DNA from: Candidatus Poribacteria bacterium
GTDB taxonomy: Bacteria > Poribacteria > WGA-4E > UBA9662
NCBI GenBank assembly: GCA_036339735.1
Contig: JAYZAL010000020.1
Coordinates: forward strand, 1-26,839
DNA: 26,839 nucleotides
Direction: 5' to 3'
Shown here: positions 9,875 through 19,436 of the stretch, one piece after another
How positions within the stretch are numbered: position 1 is the first letter of the stretch
How the letters are laid out: each line of letters begins with the position of its first letter
Notes under the pieces: model-generated
What the model was told of the DNA's origin: nothing
The model's input: the letters and a program-made list of their open reading frames with translations, nothing else
Database searches by the model: none
Position numbers and translations under genes: made by a program

Positions 9875-11428
9875 TTAACCGATATGTATTCGACGACTTT
9901 CCTGAGGGGATAAATCCACTGCTTGCCACTCTTGGGTTCCTGTTTTTCGCCATTGATAAAGTAAAGCCTTCGAACTCGCATTGTAAAAAATTACTTCGGT
10001 ATCATCCTCATTCGGCATTATTCGTACCAAGGACATCAAACCAGCTGGAACCGCACCGGACGAAAATTCAACCGAGGATACCATTTCACTTTTTACTTGT
10101 TTAAGGCCAACAAGCAGTGGCCCATAACAACCTGTAACTGAACCCGTCCCCCAATTTCGCCCATGACCCGCAGCAATAGAACAGATAGCCCCCCCCATAT
10201 CAGCATGCTCACGTCCTCCTCTTAACACTCGTCGAGCCATCATCAGGCGAGTAGACGCTCCTTTCAGCGCACGCTCAGCATAAACTGGATCACCGGTTAC
10301 TTGGAATGCCAAGGTCAATGTAGCTGGTGAAGGCTCACGAATCGGCTTAATTATACCATCTTCTGACCACTCACCCCATCTGGCCATATCAGCGCGTTTA
10401 CCGACACCACCTTCTCGAATAGCATAGGTTTCGGGAAATACCAAGGCCAGTTCGGCTGGTGTATGTCTGGGCAAATCAGCTAGTTGCAAAATAATCGAAT
10501 TGTCCAAGCTATTGTCAGAAAATGCAGAGCGGTAGTAGCTAAGTGCGGCAGCTGCTGGTTCATTGTAAGGGTCATTAAGTGTTTTGACTAAGGGTTTCAC
10601 AATTTTGTAGGCTGCAGATTTGAAAATTGTTTCACCTGATGAGAGGTATAAGTCGCCAAAGGCGTATACCGTACCAGAAGCCAATAGATTTTCGATTCCA
10701 CTAAGAGAATCACCTGACTGATGATGTTTGGTATTAGCTAGTTGGTGTAGGTTCATTCTTTTGATTTCAGCTTCATCAACCGGGGTACCGTTTAAATCCC
10801 AAAGCCGCGGGATTGTATCTTGCGCTAAAATTCTTTTGGCCCGTTTTAGGCCATAACGAATTGACCAGTCTAAATATCTTTGTTGTCCTGAAACCCGATA
10901 AGCTGCTAAAGCTATAAGAATAAAGCGGAAATGTTCACCTAATTCATACAAATCGCGAGCTTCTCGCCGAACTAATTTAGAACCTAGATGGAAACTGTGG
11001 AACACGTCCCGATCATAGTCGTACCAATCCTCAACTGCTGAATGCCAGTTACCAATATGCTCAGACGCATCTAGTAGGGTATCGATGGCCTTTTGGTCAT
11101 TTGGTTTTAAGCCAAGATATCGAGGCAGAAAAAGTGCGAACGGCTCAGTTCCGTGGTGAGCTTCAGCTTCTGGCTCATAACCATGATAACACTCCCGATC
11201 AACCCAATCGATTAAGGCTGTACGCAAGCGATAGAAGTGTTCCAAAACCATTGGGCTTTCTGTGATAGTATAATGGTCAAACCAAGCTAGCGCATAATTG
11301 GCTTCGTCTTCTCCACCTCGATTCCGCCCCGGTGGATCCATCCACATGCTTTGTTTAAGCCAGCGGTCCATTTCTTGACGTAGATTGTTGTAATACTGAT
11401 AAGCCGATTGAAGTATTTGATTTGACAT
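9875..11428 (-). CDS. Hypothetical protein, possibly an (alpha/alpha)-toroid sugar-active enzyme
   Basis: 517-aa ORF heading the minus-strand run. It has repeated helical-hairpin motifs (AYRVSGQQRYLDW, LYLSSGETIFKSAA, AFQVTGDPVYAERA). The fold call is inference. Confidence 0.6.
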   Translation of the reverse strand: MSNQILQSAYQYYNNLRQEMDRWLKQSMWMDPPGRNRGGEDEANYALAWFDHYTITESPMVLEHFYRLRTALIDWVDRECYHGYEPEAEAHHGTEPFALFLPRYLGLKPNDQKAIDTLLDASEHIGNWHSAVEDWYDYDRDVFHSFHLGSKLVRREARDLYELGEHFRFILIALAAYRVSGQQRYLDWSIRYGLKRAKRILAQDTIPRLWDLNGTPVDEAEIKRMNLHQLANTKHHQSGDSLSGIENLLASGTVYAFGDLYLSSGETIFKSAAYKIVKPLVKTLNDPYNEPAAAALSYYRSAFSDNSLDNSIILQLADLPRHTPAELALVFPETYAIREGGVGKRADMARWGEWSEDGIIKPIREPSPATLTLAFQVTGDPVYAERALKGASTRLMMARRVLRGGREHADMGGAICSIAAGHGRNWGTGSVTGCYGPLLVGLKQVKSEMVSSVEFSSGAVPAGLMSLVRIMPNEDDTEVIFYNASSKALLYQWRKTGTQEWQAVDLSPQESRRIHIG

Positions 11429-11575
11429 TAAAAAATCCCTGAAACTGGTGTACTAATCAAACTAACTAGATAAAGTAAATTACGATGCTTTTACTTGCTT
11501 TGGGTATGGCTTTCCTAAACCCCTTGAGATAATAACGGTCTAATAACGCATTGGGCTACAACTTGGAGGATAACC

Positions 11576-13792
11576 TTGCGCCGCAAATTACTACTTGGCA
11601 AAAAATACAGCTGGATACCTTTCATCCTGACTTTTGGTTTATTAATCTTACAACCGGCTTTCACCGCTGATGAAAGGATCTATCAAATTGTGGCCAACCG
11701 AACCCATAATCAGATCGAAATTGATGGTAATTTTAATGAATCTGACTGGCAGTCAGCACAAAAGGTTAGTAATTTCGTTCAAGTTGAGCCTAATCCGGGC
11801 CAAGAGTCTACTCAAAGAACTGAGGTCCGTATATTGTACGACACAAATAATATTTATTTTGGCTTTACTTGTTATGATACTGATGTTTCCAAGCTAGTAG
11901 CTAACGAGATGCGTCGAGACGCCCGTAATTTACACGAAAATGATAATGTTTTTCTGATCCTAGATACTTATGACGATCGACGTAATGGGGTTGCTTTTCG
12001 ATTTAATGCACTGAGTGCTATACAAGACATGGCTGTCACCAATAGTGGTGATAGTTTAAATAGAGACTGGGACGCAGTCGTTGATTGCCAAAGTCAGGTT
12101 GAAACTGACCGATGGTTATGTGAAATCTCTATTCCTTTTAGTCAGCTACGCTTCAGAAAGAGCGATGAGATGATATGGGGCATTAATTTGGCCCGCAAAT
12201 TAAGCCGAAATGACGAAGAATCGACTTGGGTGCCTGTTCCATCGTCCTATGGCGGTCGAGCTAAGTACCGGACTGAAAATCTAGGGCGTCTAGTTGGTAT
12301 AACTGGCATTAGTCCAAACCGGAATTTGGAGATACTGCCTTATTTTCTGCCGGGGTTAAGTCACATTAACGACCAACTTAAACCTAAACAAAAGGTTGGG
12401 CTAGACATTAAATACGGATTGACTACTAATCTTACCACAGACTTGACTATTAATACCGACTTTGCCCAAGTTGAGGCTGACGATGAACAGGTCAACCTAA
12501 CTCGATTTAGCCTGTTTTATCCAGAGAAACGCCCTTTTTTTCTAGAAGGTGCAGGTCTTTTTGATGTTGGAATCCCACGCACTAGTTATCGGCGCCCACC
12601 TCCTCTACTTCTTTTTTATAGCCGTCGGATTGGCATTGAAGATGGCGATTCGATTCCAATTTTAGCGGGCGGCAAAGTTACTGGAAAGATAGGTTCTTAT
12701 AGTGTTGGAATGCTGAACGCGCATACACAAGAATATGATAATAAAGAACAGCAAGAGTTGGATACAGATGTGGACCCTTTATATGTACCCTCAACTAATT
12801 TTTCAGTTGTCCGAGTAAATCGTGATATATCGAGTGGTTCCAATATAGGTATGATAGCAGTCAACAAGCAGGACGACGAATCGGCCAATCGTACCGGTGG
12901 CTTAGATTTCGCTTATCGACCTAATGAGAACCTACAGGTGCGAGGTCTGTGGGCAATGACAACCTCATCGTCTAAACTAGAGCAGTCTAGTCAGGCTTGG
13001 TACATGGGTTCGGAATGGCGAGGGGACCTATTTCAAGTTGATGGATCATTTTCTAGTATTGGACAAGATTTCAATCCGGAAGTCGGTTTTGTTAGGCAGA
13101 CCGGTATCCGCCGATTAACGGGAGAATTAGATTTTACACCTTGGGTACGCCGAGCAGGTATTCGCCGTATTTGGGCAGGGCCAGAGTTTGATTTAATTCT
13201 AAACCAAGAAAACCAATTGGTAACTCGAGATCTTTCGTTTGGTGGACGATTAGAATTTAGCACCGGAGGCTGGTCTGGATTTCAAATTCAAAATACGACT
13301 GAGGTGTTAGAAGAACCATTTGAGATTCGTTCAGATGTTATCATCCCAGTAGATGAATACAATTTCACCAGTTTTCGAGCGATGGTTGACACCCCCGAAA
13401 GTCGAATGATTTCAGGAGGTATAGGGGGGAGTATTGGCCAATTTTATAATGGTTCTCGGTATGGTATTAGGATGGGTGCAAATCTTAAAACCGACGGCCA
13501 TTTAATTTTAGAGTCCGATTATGAATTCAATCGGATCCACCTTCCTGCAGGAAATTTTAATGTTAGCTTAATCTCCTCACGCCTCGTCTATTCAGTAACA
13601 ACAACTCTGTTTACCAAGATTTTCTTTCAATGGAACAGCGACACTCATACTTACAACTACAATTGTCTACTGAACTGGATTTATCGGCCTGGTAGTGATC
13701 TATTTCTAGTATTGAATCATATTGTCCCACCCAAGGGTGAATCGACTTCTTCGGCAGTTTTAGCCAAATTCACCTATTGGTGGAGTCGGTGA
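11576..13792 (+). CDS. Outer-membrane protein with N-terminal CBM9-like domain and DUF5916-like region
   Basis: GGAGG RBS before the TTG start and a signal-peptide-like N-terminus. It has IEIDG..NESDW and EISIPFSQLRF (CBM9-like) and TINTDFAQVEAD..NLTRFSLFYPEKRPFFLEG (DUF5916-like) motifs. The amphipathic beta-strand C-terminus ends in AKFTYWWSR. Confidence 0.82.
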   Translation: MRRKLLLGKKYSWIPFILTFGLLILQPAFTADERIYQIVANRTHNQIEIDGNFNESDWQSAQKVSNFVQVEPNPGQESTQRTEVRILYDTNNIYFGFTCYDTDVSKLVANEMRRDARNLHENDNVFLILDTYDDRRNGVAFRFNALSAIQDMAVTNSGDSLNRDWDAVVDCQSQVETDRWLCEISIPFSQLRFRKSDEMIWGINLARKLSRNDEESTWVPVPSSYGGRAKYRTENLGRLVGITGISPNRNLEILPYFLPGLSHINDQLKPKQKVGLDIKYGLTTNLTTDLTINTDFAQVEADDEQVNLTRFSLFYPEKRPFFLEGAGLFDVGIPRTSYRRPPPLLLFYSRRIGIEDGDSIPILAGGKVTGKIGSYSVGMLNAHTQEYDNKEQQELDTDVDPLYVPSTNFSVVRVNRDISSGSNIGMIAVNKQDDESANRTGGLDFAYRPNENLQVRGLWAMTTSSSKLEQSSQAWYMGSEWRGDLFQVDGSFSSIGQDFNPEVGFVRQTGIRRLTGELDFTPWVRRAGIRRIWAGPEFDLILNQENQLVTRDLSFGGRLEFSTGGWSGFQIQNTTEVLEEPFEIRSDVIIPVDEYNFTSFRAMVDTPESRMISGGIGGSIGQFYNGSRYGIRMGANLKTDGHLILESDYEFNRIHLPAGNFNVSLISSRLVYSVTTTLFTKIFFQWNSDTHTYNYNCLLNWIYRPGSDLFLVLNHIVPPKGESTSSAVLAKFTYWWSR

Positions 13793-13807
13793 AATTCAGC
13801 CAGAATT

Positions 13808-14716
13808 TTGAAAACTAACACACCGATCAAAATTCCGTTTCGTATCGTAATGGCTGTTTTATTTTTAGCCTTTATGTGGGGCGGTAACGCTGCGGCTATC
13901 AAAATGAGCCTAACGGCATTCCAACCAATCGCAGTAGCTGGAATTCGATTCACCTTTGGTTTGATAGTCATTATCAGTTGGGCTTATCTGAACAAAATTC
14001 CCTTCTTACCTAGGCGTTGCCACTGGCCTCGACTTTTCTTGTTGGGTACAGTCTTTGTTATCCAAATTTTGTCTTTTAACTGGGGAACTAAGCTAACTGA
14101 CGCCGGCCGAGCTTCCCTCCTATTAAACACTCACCCACTATTGATTGCTTTGATTTCACACTTTTTCATAGCCGGCGACCGCTTAAATATTGTGAAGTCG
14201 ATTGGCCTAATAATCGCCTTTGTAGGTGTCTCGTTTGTATTCATCGGTCGTGTTTCTTCGACTCAGGTGAGAATTGGTGATGCTATGGTATTAACTAGTT
14301 CTTGTGGGTTGGCAGTGATTAATATCTTGCTCAGGCGATACATGGTACCTCAAGGTAATCCCCCAATCGAAGCAATGAACCAATTTCAGATCCTATTTGG
14401 TCAGATGGTGTTTGGTGTACCTATCTATTATGTTCTGAGTTGGTTTCTTGAAGGTCAGGCTGCTGCATACGGCTTCTGGTCATTGTCGGCTTGGATAGGT
14501 TTGATCTTTCAAGGGGTGATTATTGCCGGTTTCTGCTTCATTGCTTGGTCTTCGATCGTTAAGCGCTACCCACCAGGACGACTCTCTTCTTTATTTTTTA
14601 CCACACCAATCTGGGGAATTGCCTTTGGCCACCTACTTTTTCAGGAGGAGATCACTGGATCTTTGGTTGGTGGGGCCGGTTTAGTCGCTGTAGGCATCTA
14701 TTTAGTAAATCGATGA
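13808..14716 (+). CDS. DMT/EamA family transporter
   Basis: About ten hydrophobic segments, with WGGN..AIK, AGIRF, GRASLLLNTHP and FGHLLFQEEI motifs. The start may be the TTG at 13808 or a slightly later ATG. Confidence 0.9.
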   Translation: MKTNTPIKIPFRIVMAVLFLAFMWGGNAAAIKMSLTAFQPIAVAGIRFTFGLIVIISWAYLNKIPFLPRRCHWPRLFLLGTVFVIQILSFNWGTKLTDAGRASLLLNTHPLLIALISHFFIAGDRLNIVKSIGLIIAFVGVSFVFIGRVSSTQVRIGDAMVLTSSCGLAVINILLRRYMVPQGNPPIEAMNQFQILFGQMVFGVPIYYVLSWFLEGQAAAYGFWSLSAWIGLIFQGVIIAGFCFIAWSSIVKRYPPGRLSSLFFTTPIWGIAFGHLLFQEEITGSLVGGAGLVAVGIYLVNR

Positions 14717-14730
14717 GTAATCGGTGTGCT

Positions 14731-14777
14731 AAAAGAAAAACGCCGATTCAAACCGAAGGGAATTGGCTAAACCGGCG
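14731..14777 (-). terminator. Intrinsic terminator of the S55/beta-propeller operon
   Basis: Minus strand reads CGCCGGTTTAGCC...GGTTTGAATCGGCG-TTTTTCTTTT, a stem with G-U pairs followed by a U tract. It lies between convergent genes. Confidence 0.7.
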
Positions 14778-14819
14778 CAGAGGCTTATGCTGAAACAACT
14801 TTCGAATCAATAGATGAGT

Positions 14820-16946
14820 CTAAAAATTTGTTCCTTTAATGGCTTCGTTTCCAGCAGAATCAACGACACGAATCGCGATCGTGTGTGTACTGATAACTTT
14901 TTCGATCAGTTTAGTTGTTAGGACCAATTCTTCTCTTCGAGAGTCAAAAATCATGTCGGCTGGAAAAATCACCTTCCAATTTTCATCATTATCGATTTTG
15001 TATACTGCAGACTTAATTGGACTAATTTCATCCTCTACAACACAACTGATTTGGTAGGTACCGTCGTCTCTTCTTTCCCCTTTAATCTGACCTATAACTG
15101 GTTGTGTATTATCAATTTCGAAGGATTTACTAATCTTCTCGGTGTGCAAACTGGTCGTGGGTTGATTGCTCAATTGATCGCTGATAAATATTTTCAGGTG
15201 GTATATACCGTCTGGCATTGCGGTTGAGTCCCAAGTATAAATTGGCTTTTTAAGCTCATCTTTTAGTAATTGCCAGGTTTCGTCTGTTTCTATTTTGTAA
15301 TAGAGTGTGTATTCCAACCGATCTCCGTTAGGGTCACTTACTTCCCATTTTGCTGTGCGCCTTTTATCCATTTTAGCGTCGTTCCCATTTCGTTGGGGCG
15401 GACCATTCCGGTTTTCACGCTCTTTGGGAGCACCAATATGGATTTGGAAATCATCGATTCGAGGCTCAACGTTCAGTTGCACGGAACCAAATCGGACCTT
15501 CTTTAAGGTTGGTGTCCCCGAATCAGATTTGAGTTTGGCTTTCCACTGTAGAAACCGAGCATGCGGGCTGGTTATTTGCTCTCCTTCCGATGAAGTTATA
15601 GGTTCGGACCAATCGCTCCATGTGTTATCGGGTTGACTCGTATTACCAGAGCGAGTTGAAAACGACACACTATTTCCAATCGCATTCCATGACAATTTAC
15701 CCCATTGAGACGTTAAATCGGCATCGTATGCCTTCGACTCAAGCGTCCCTTCATCGACATAGTCATTTGAGAGCTGAAAAATCTTTCCTTGATTACCGGT
15801 TGCTACCCAGGTCTGTTTTGAATGCTTGGCATTCAAAAGGGCCAAAACCTGTTTTGCTTTGCAGTTAACAAGCTCGACTGATTCTCCATCTAGAGTTACT
15901 CGATATATTTTACCGTCATCTCCAGTCCCAACAATAAGATAATCTTGATGAGTTTCAATCGTCAGGATCAGCGGCTCAGGTGAGTTCCAGATACTTCGAA
16001 TAGTACCATTTGGTCGTACTTGATAGATTTGTGATTTGTTGATTTCTGCTGGCCTCCCGTCAGGAGAAGGTGGACCACTTGGTCTTTGGCCAGGCTTAGG
16101 TGGAACTGTGGTTACTGTTCCAGCAAAAACGCTACCATCAGCAGAACCGACCAAAGTCTTGACCTCTTTTTGGCCAGTTTGATGGATAACTTCAGCTTTT
16201 CCGTCCAAACTGATTTTGAAAATGATTGCTTTCCCATCACTACCAGCGTAAAGGTACCCCTGATGGAATAGTAAACTAACAATGTTAGTTTCATCGGAAT
16301 CGAACAACACTGTAGGGCTATTCTCCTCAGTATTTTCTGACTCTGTTTCAACACTGTTCGTCAAATCGGTGGTTGGTATTTTATATATTTTCCCTTCTGT
16401 TCCTGTTGCCGCATAAAGATTAGCGTCGTCGTCAAAAACCAAATCCCAAACATAATTTTCTTCAGCAGCAAGAATCGTGATAGGCGGTGTTTTGTTATTG
16501 TCTATTCTATAGACTAAACCACTGGGGGCTGTACCTGCATAGATACGGTCTTGTTCATCAATAGCTAGGCTGAGAATAGATACTTCCGGCGAATCATAAA
16601 AAAGCTTTGTTTCTCCAGTAGGCGAAATTTGATAAATTTTTCCACTGTTTCCGGTACCTGCATAGATGTTTCCAACTGAATCCTCAGCTAAGCACCAGAT
16701 ATAAACCTCGTTTGATTTGTCAAAAACAGTTTCTAGCTTTTGCTGTAAAATAACGTCCCCTTGACTGGATATTGCCACAGATTTAGGTGCGCCTTCACGA
16801 AAATCAACATGCTCTTTTTGTTCCCATATTTTTGTTTTAACTGCATCAACTGGTGTCGGAAAGAGGCTAAGAGCCATCAGAAACAAACCGAACCAAGTAA
16901 TTAGGCTATTTCTGTTCACGATTAACTTTGTTTTAAGGTAAGCCAA
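14820..16946 (-). CDS. Secreted beta-propeller protein with C-terminal Ig/FN3-like domains
   Basis: Signal peptide ending PVDA and ~42-aa blades (DSVGNIYAGTGNSGKIYQI, DEQDRIYAGTAPSGLVYRI, DDDANLYAATGTEGKIYKI). C-terminal DPNGDRLEY and WDSTAMPDGIYHLKI motifs. The TTG at 16946 follows a GAGGAG that overlaps the upstream stop; the ORF track start is 16967. Confidence 0.8.
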   Translation of the reverse strand: MAYLKTKLIVNRNSLITWFGLFLMALSLFPTPVDAVKTKIWEQKEHVDFREGAPKSVAISSQGDVILQQKLETVFDKSNEVYIWCLAEDSVGNIYAGTGNSGKIYQISPTGETKLFYDSPEVSILSLAIDEQDRIYAGTAPSGLVYRIDNNKTPPITILAAEENYVWDLVFDDDANLYAATGTEGKIYKIPTTDLTNSVETESENTEENSPTVLFDSDETNIVSLLFHQGYLYAGSDGKAIIFKISLDGKAEVIHQTGQKEVKTLVGSADGSVFAGTVTTVPPKPGQRPSGPPSPDGRPAEINKSQIYQVRPNGTIRSIWNSPEPLILTIETHQDYLIVGTGDDGKIYRVTLDGESVELVNCKAKQVLALLNAKHSKQTWVATGNQGKIFQLSNDYVDEGTLESKAYDADLTSQWGKLSWNAIGNSVSFSTRSGNTSQPDNTWSDWSEPITSSEGEQITSPHARFLQWKAKLKSDSGTPTLKKVRFGSVQLNVEPRIDDFQIHIGAPKERENRNGPPQRNGNDAKMDKRRTAKWEVSDPNGDRLEYTLYYKIETDETWQLLKDELKKPIYTWDSTAMPDGIYHLKIFISDQLSNQPTTSLHTEKISKSFEIDNTQPVIGQIKGERRDDGTYQISCVVEDEISPIKSAVYKIDNDENWKVIFPADMIFDSRREELVLTTKLIEKVISTHTIAIRVVDSAGNEAIKGTNF

Positions 16947-16956
16947 ACTTTTCTCC

Positions 16957-18882
16957 TCACTTGGCACGACGATTAACGCTAAGACGCAAGAATCGGCTGC
17001 CTGAAATCACATAATCGGTATTGTTTTTTTCAACGTGCAAGGTTCGTCCTTTTGTATATCCACCTTCACCTAATTGTGTCTGCGTATTCATAACAGATAG
17101 CATGGAAACTGGCAATTCAGGAAACTCTTCACCTTGCACTGTCATTCCAACTTTAGGAATGTAAATTTCCAAAATCAAGTCTAGATTACTTTCACCTCTT
17201 TGCAATAGCTTCAACATCTGGTTCAAATTTCTAGGTTGAAAATTCAGGGGGGCTCTTTGGCGCTGCCAACCATCATAAGACTGGCCACTAGAAACAAGTA
17301 GGATAACTTGCCCTTCAGGTGTTTTCTTCGGAATGGTAATCCGTGCTTTATGCACAATGGGATTTTCTAAATAGGGCCGCAAAACAACCGATACATCAAT
17401 AGTCTCACCCGGCCGATATTCACTTTTTTCGATTCTTAGTCCTTCGATAGTAGCAGTGTTTCGTTTATCCTTGATTTTGACATTAACCGTTATGTCTTCG
17501 ACTTTTAAGCGGCCGAATGGGTTTTGCATCAAGTTTTGCATTGCACTCAAAGAACGAAATGCCGCAAATCCTGGTGAGCCACTAGTGGAAAAAACATTTT
17601 TGTAGGTAAGTTCGTTCACGTCCAATTCTGGATGATCAGCAATTCGAATTCTGGTATCGATGGCGACAGTGTGTTCAGACCATGAAGATTCTAGCCCGTC
17701 TATTATATTCCGAGTACCAAACATCGCCATTGAAGCTGACATAAAACGATCTCGAGACACTTCAAAATACCGATCATGTGACTCGCCATCCATAGTCTGA
17801 ATCTTAGCTTTAATTGGAATATAGCTCGGTGATTCACCTATCGTACCTGCTATGGCCCCCATCCTATCTTGGACTAATGTACCAATAGGCTGGGTCGCAG
17901 ATGCCATCTTACTTGATCGATTGGTACTGGGCAAAATAAAGTGCACATATCCGCCTGATAGCGGAACATTGACATTTCCTTCTCCATACATATCGTGGCC
18001 AAAAGCAAGAAGTTGCTGTTTCTGTTGGTCAATATAAGTAATTGTGCCGTAACTGAAAGCGTTATAGTCTCCACGAGCAAACTCAACGCCAACCATTTGG
18101 CCTTGGGCTACAGGGGAATTTTCTACTGGTGCGCCGCCAGCTGAGGCCTGAATCGGCTCAATGTTATGGGGGGCAAATAACTGTCGCAACTGTGCCAAAT
18201 CTCCAACATTTCTCGTCGATACGGCCAAAGGCATGCTAACTAAGGAAGAACTTTTGCCTTGATGGATTTTGGGATCATTGAACTCGGGTATAGGCGCTGA
18301 TCCAAGATCACCAAACATCAGGTCTGTTGTGGATTGACCTGCAAATATGTGTGTCAGATCCAAAAATTTTGCGCCGGCATATTCAAGATTAGGTCGCATC
18401 CCACGTTGAGTAGCCTTGATCATCAGCTCGATAGAAGTAATACCGAATAGATTAGCGTGCTCCCTCTGATAATAAAATCCAAGCGACAGAGCACCAACTA
18501 ACTTTCCATCAATATAACAAGGGCTACCACTCATCCCACCAGCGACCCCCGTCTCCTTGAAATTATCACTCAACCCTTTGGCCCAGATAACATGCCAGCC
18601 AGGGACGTAATTGCGCTCGATACTTACAACAACGAAATCGAATGGCTCCACAACAGTTCCCTGAAAAACGGTGTGGCCTACGCCTTGAGCCCCAATCTTG
18701 ACTTGATCCAGTGGCATGAACTTACTGCTGTCCCAGCCAATTTGTGCTTGAGCGCAAAAGAGAAATAAGTCAGTAATCACTAAAAGCGTAGTTAGTAAGC
18801 TCAGGTAAAAGAATGTGGATATCTTCAAGTGTTTGCTTCTGGTTTTGGATAGCATCCTATCAACCACCCTATTGTATGTCAA
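16957..18882 (-). CDS. Exported SpoIVB-like peptidase S55 domain protein
   Basis: GVAGGMSGSPCYIDGKLVGALS (S55 catalytic Ser motif), GTITYID..LLAFGH (His motif) and an N-terminal hydrophobic segment. The exact start is uncertain. Confidence 0.85.
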   Translation of the reverse strand: MTYNRVVDRMLSKTRSKHLKISTFFYLSLLTTLLVITDLFLFCAQAQIGWDSSKFMPLDQVKIGAQGVGHTVFQGTVVEPFDFVVVSIERNYVPGWHVIWAKGLSDNFKETGVAGGMSGSPCYIDGKLVGALSLGFYYQREHANLFGITSIELMIKATQRGMRPNLEYAGAKFLDLTHIFAGQSTTDLMFGDLGSAPIPEFNDPKIHQGKSSSLVSMPLAVSTRNVGDLAQLRQLFAPHNIEPIQASAGGAPVENSPVAQGQMVGVEFARGDYNAFSYGTITYIDQQKQQLLAFGHDMYGEGNVNVPLSGGYVHFILPSTNRSSKMASATQPIGTLVQDRMGAIAGTIGESPSYIPIKAKIQTMDGESHDRYFEVSRDRFMSASMAMFGTRNIIDGLESSWSEHTVAIDTRIRIADHPELDVNELTYKNVFSTSGSPGFAAFRSLSAMQNLMQNPFGRLKVEDITVNVKIKDKRNTATIEGLRIEKSEYRPGETIDVSVVLRPYLENPIVHKARITIPKKTPEGQVILLVSSGQSYDGWQRQRAPLNFQPRNLNQMLKLLQRGESNLDLILEIYIPKVGMTVQGEEFPELPVSMLSVMNTQTQLGEGGYTKGRTLHVEKNNTDYVISGSRFLRLSVNRRAK

Positions 18883-18921
18883 TTTACTTTACTTGTATTC
18901 TTACGATGAATTTTATTTTGA

Positions 18922-19317
18922 TTACTCAGCTGATGACTTGCTCCCAGTAGATTTACCACTGTCCGATTTGCCACTGTCCGATTTACCACTGTCCGATTTA
19001 CCACTGTCTGATTTACCACTGTCTGATTTACCACTGTCTGATTTGCCACTGTCTGATTTGCCACTGTCCGATTTACCACTGTCCGATTTGCCATTATCTT
19101 TATCTTTCTTGGCGGCTTCACTATAAGAATCATCACGATAGTCAGTAATGTAAAAGCCTGACCCTTTGAATATTAACCCTGCGCCACCACTCATTAAGCG
19201 TTTAACTTGTCCTTCACAATTCTCGGTTGGGCAATCTTTCACTGGCTCAGCACTCATCGAGTGAAAAGCTTCAAATCTAGTATCGCAACCACTACAATGA
19301 TACTCGTAAGTTGGCAT
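18922..19317 (-). CDS. FmdB-family zinc-ribbon protein with low-complexity tail
   Basis: MPTYEYHCSGC...CPTENC...FKGSGFYITDY signature and a GGGAG RBS upstream. Confidence 0.9.
   Translation of the reverse strand: MPTYEYHCSGCDTRFEAFHSMSAEPVKDCPTENCEGQVKRLMSGGAGLIFKGSGFYITDYRDDSYSEAAKKDKDNGKSDSGKSDSGKSDSGKSDSGKSDSGKSDSGKSDSGKSDSGKSDSGKSTGSKSSAE
18950..19099. repeat. 15-bp tandem repeat GATTTRCCACTGTCY, nine copies plus one degenerate copy
   Basis: Read directly. It encodes DNGKS(DSGKS)9 in the FmdB protein. Confidence 0.97.
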
Positions 19318-19352
19318 GTTATGCTAGCTCCCTTAACTAGACTTAGTTGTTC

Positions 19353-19387
19353 AAAAACAAATAAAGCCTCGCAAAGATACGAGGCTT
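19353..19387 (-). terminator. Probable intrinsic terminator after rpoZ
   Basis: Minus strand reads AAGCCTCG-tatctttg-CGAGGCTT followed by TATTTGTTTTT. Confidence 0.6.
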
Positions 19388-19436
19388 ATAACGGTTCATA
19401 ACAAAGTATTTACCTATCTCTTTTTACAAACTATTT

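Noticed and set aside
16957-18882. Sporulation gene spoIVB proper
   Set aside because: It has no PDZ domain, a different motif order and no sporulation context, so no gene symbol is given.
18950-19099. Possible CRISPR array
   Set aside because: The 15-bp units are contiguous with no spacers, lie inside a CDS, and there are no cas genes.
18815-19136. ORFs with (DLPLS)n on the plus strand and (VVNRT)n on the minus strand
   Set aside because: These are alternative-frame readings of the 15-bp repeat. The FmdB frame carries the recognisable domain and RBS.
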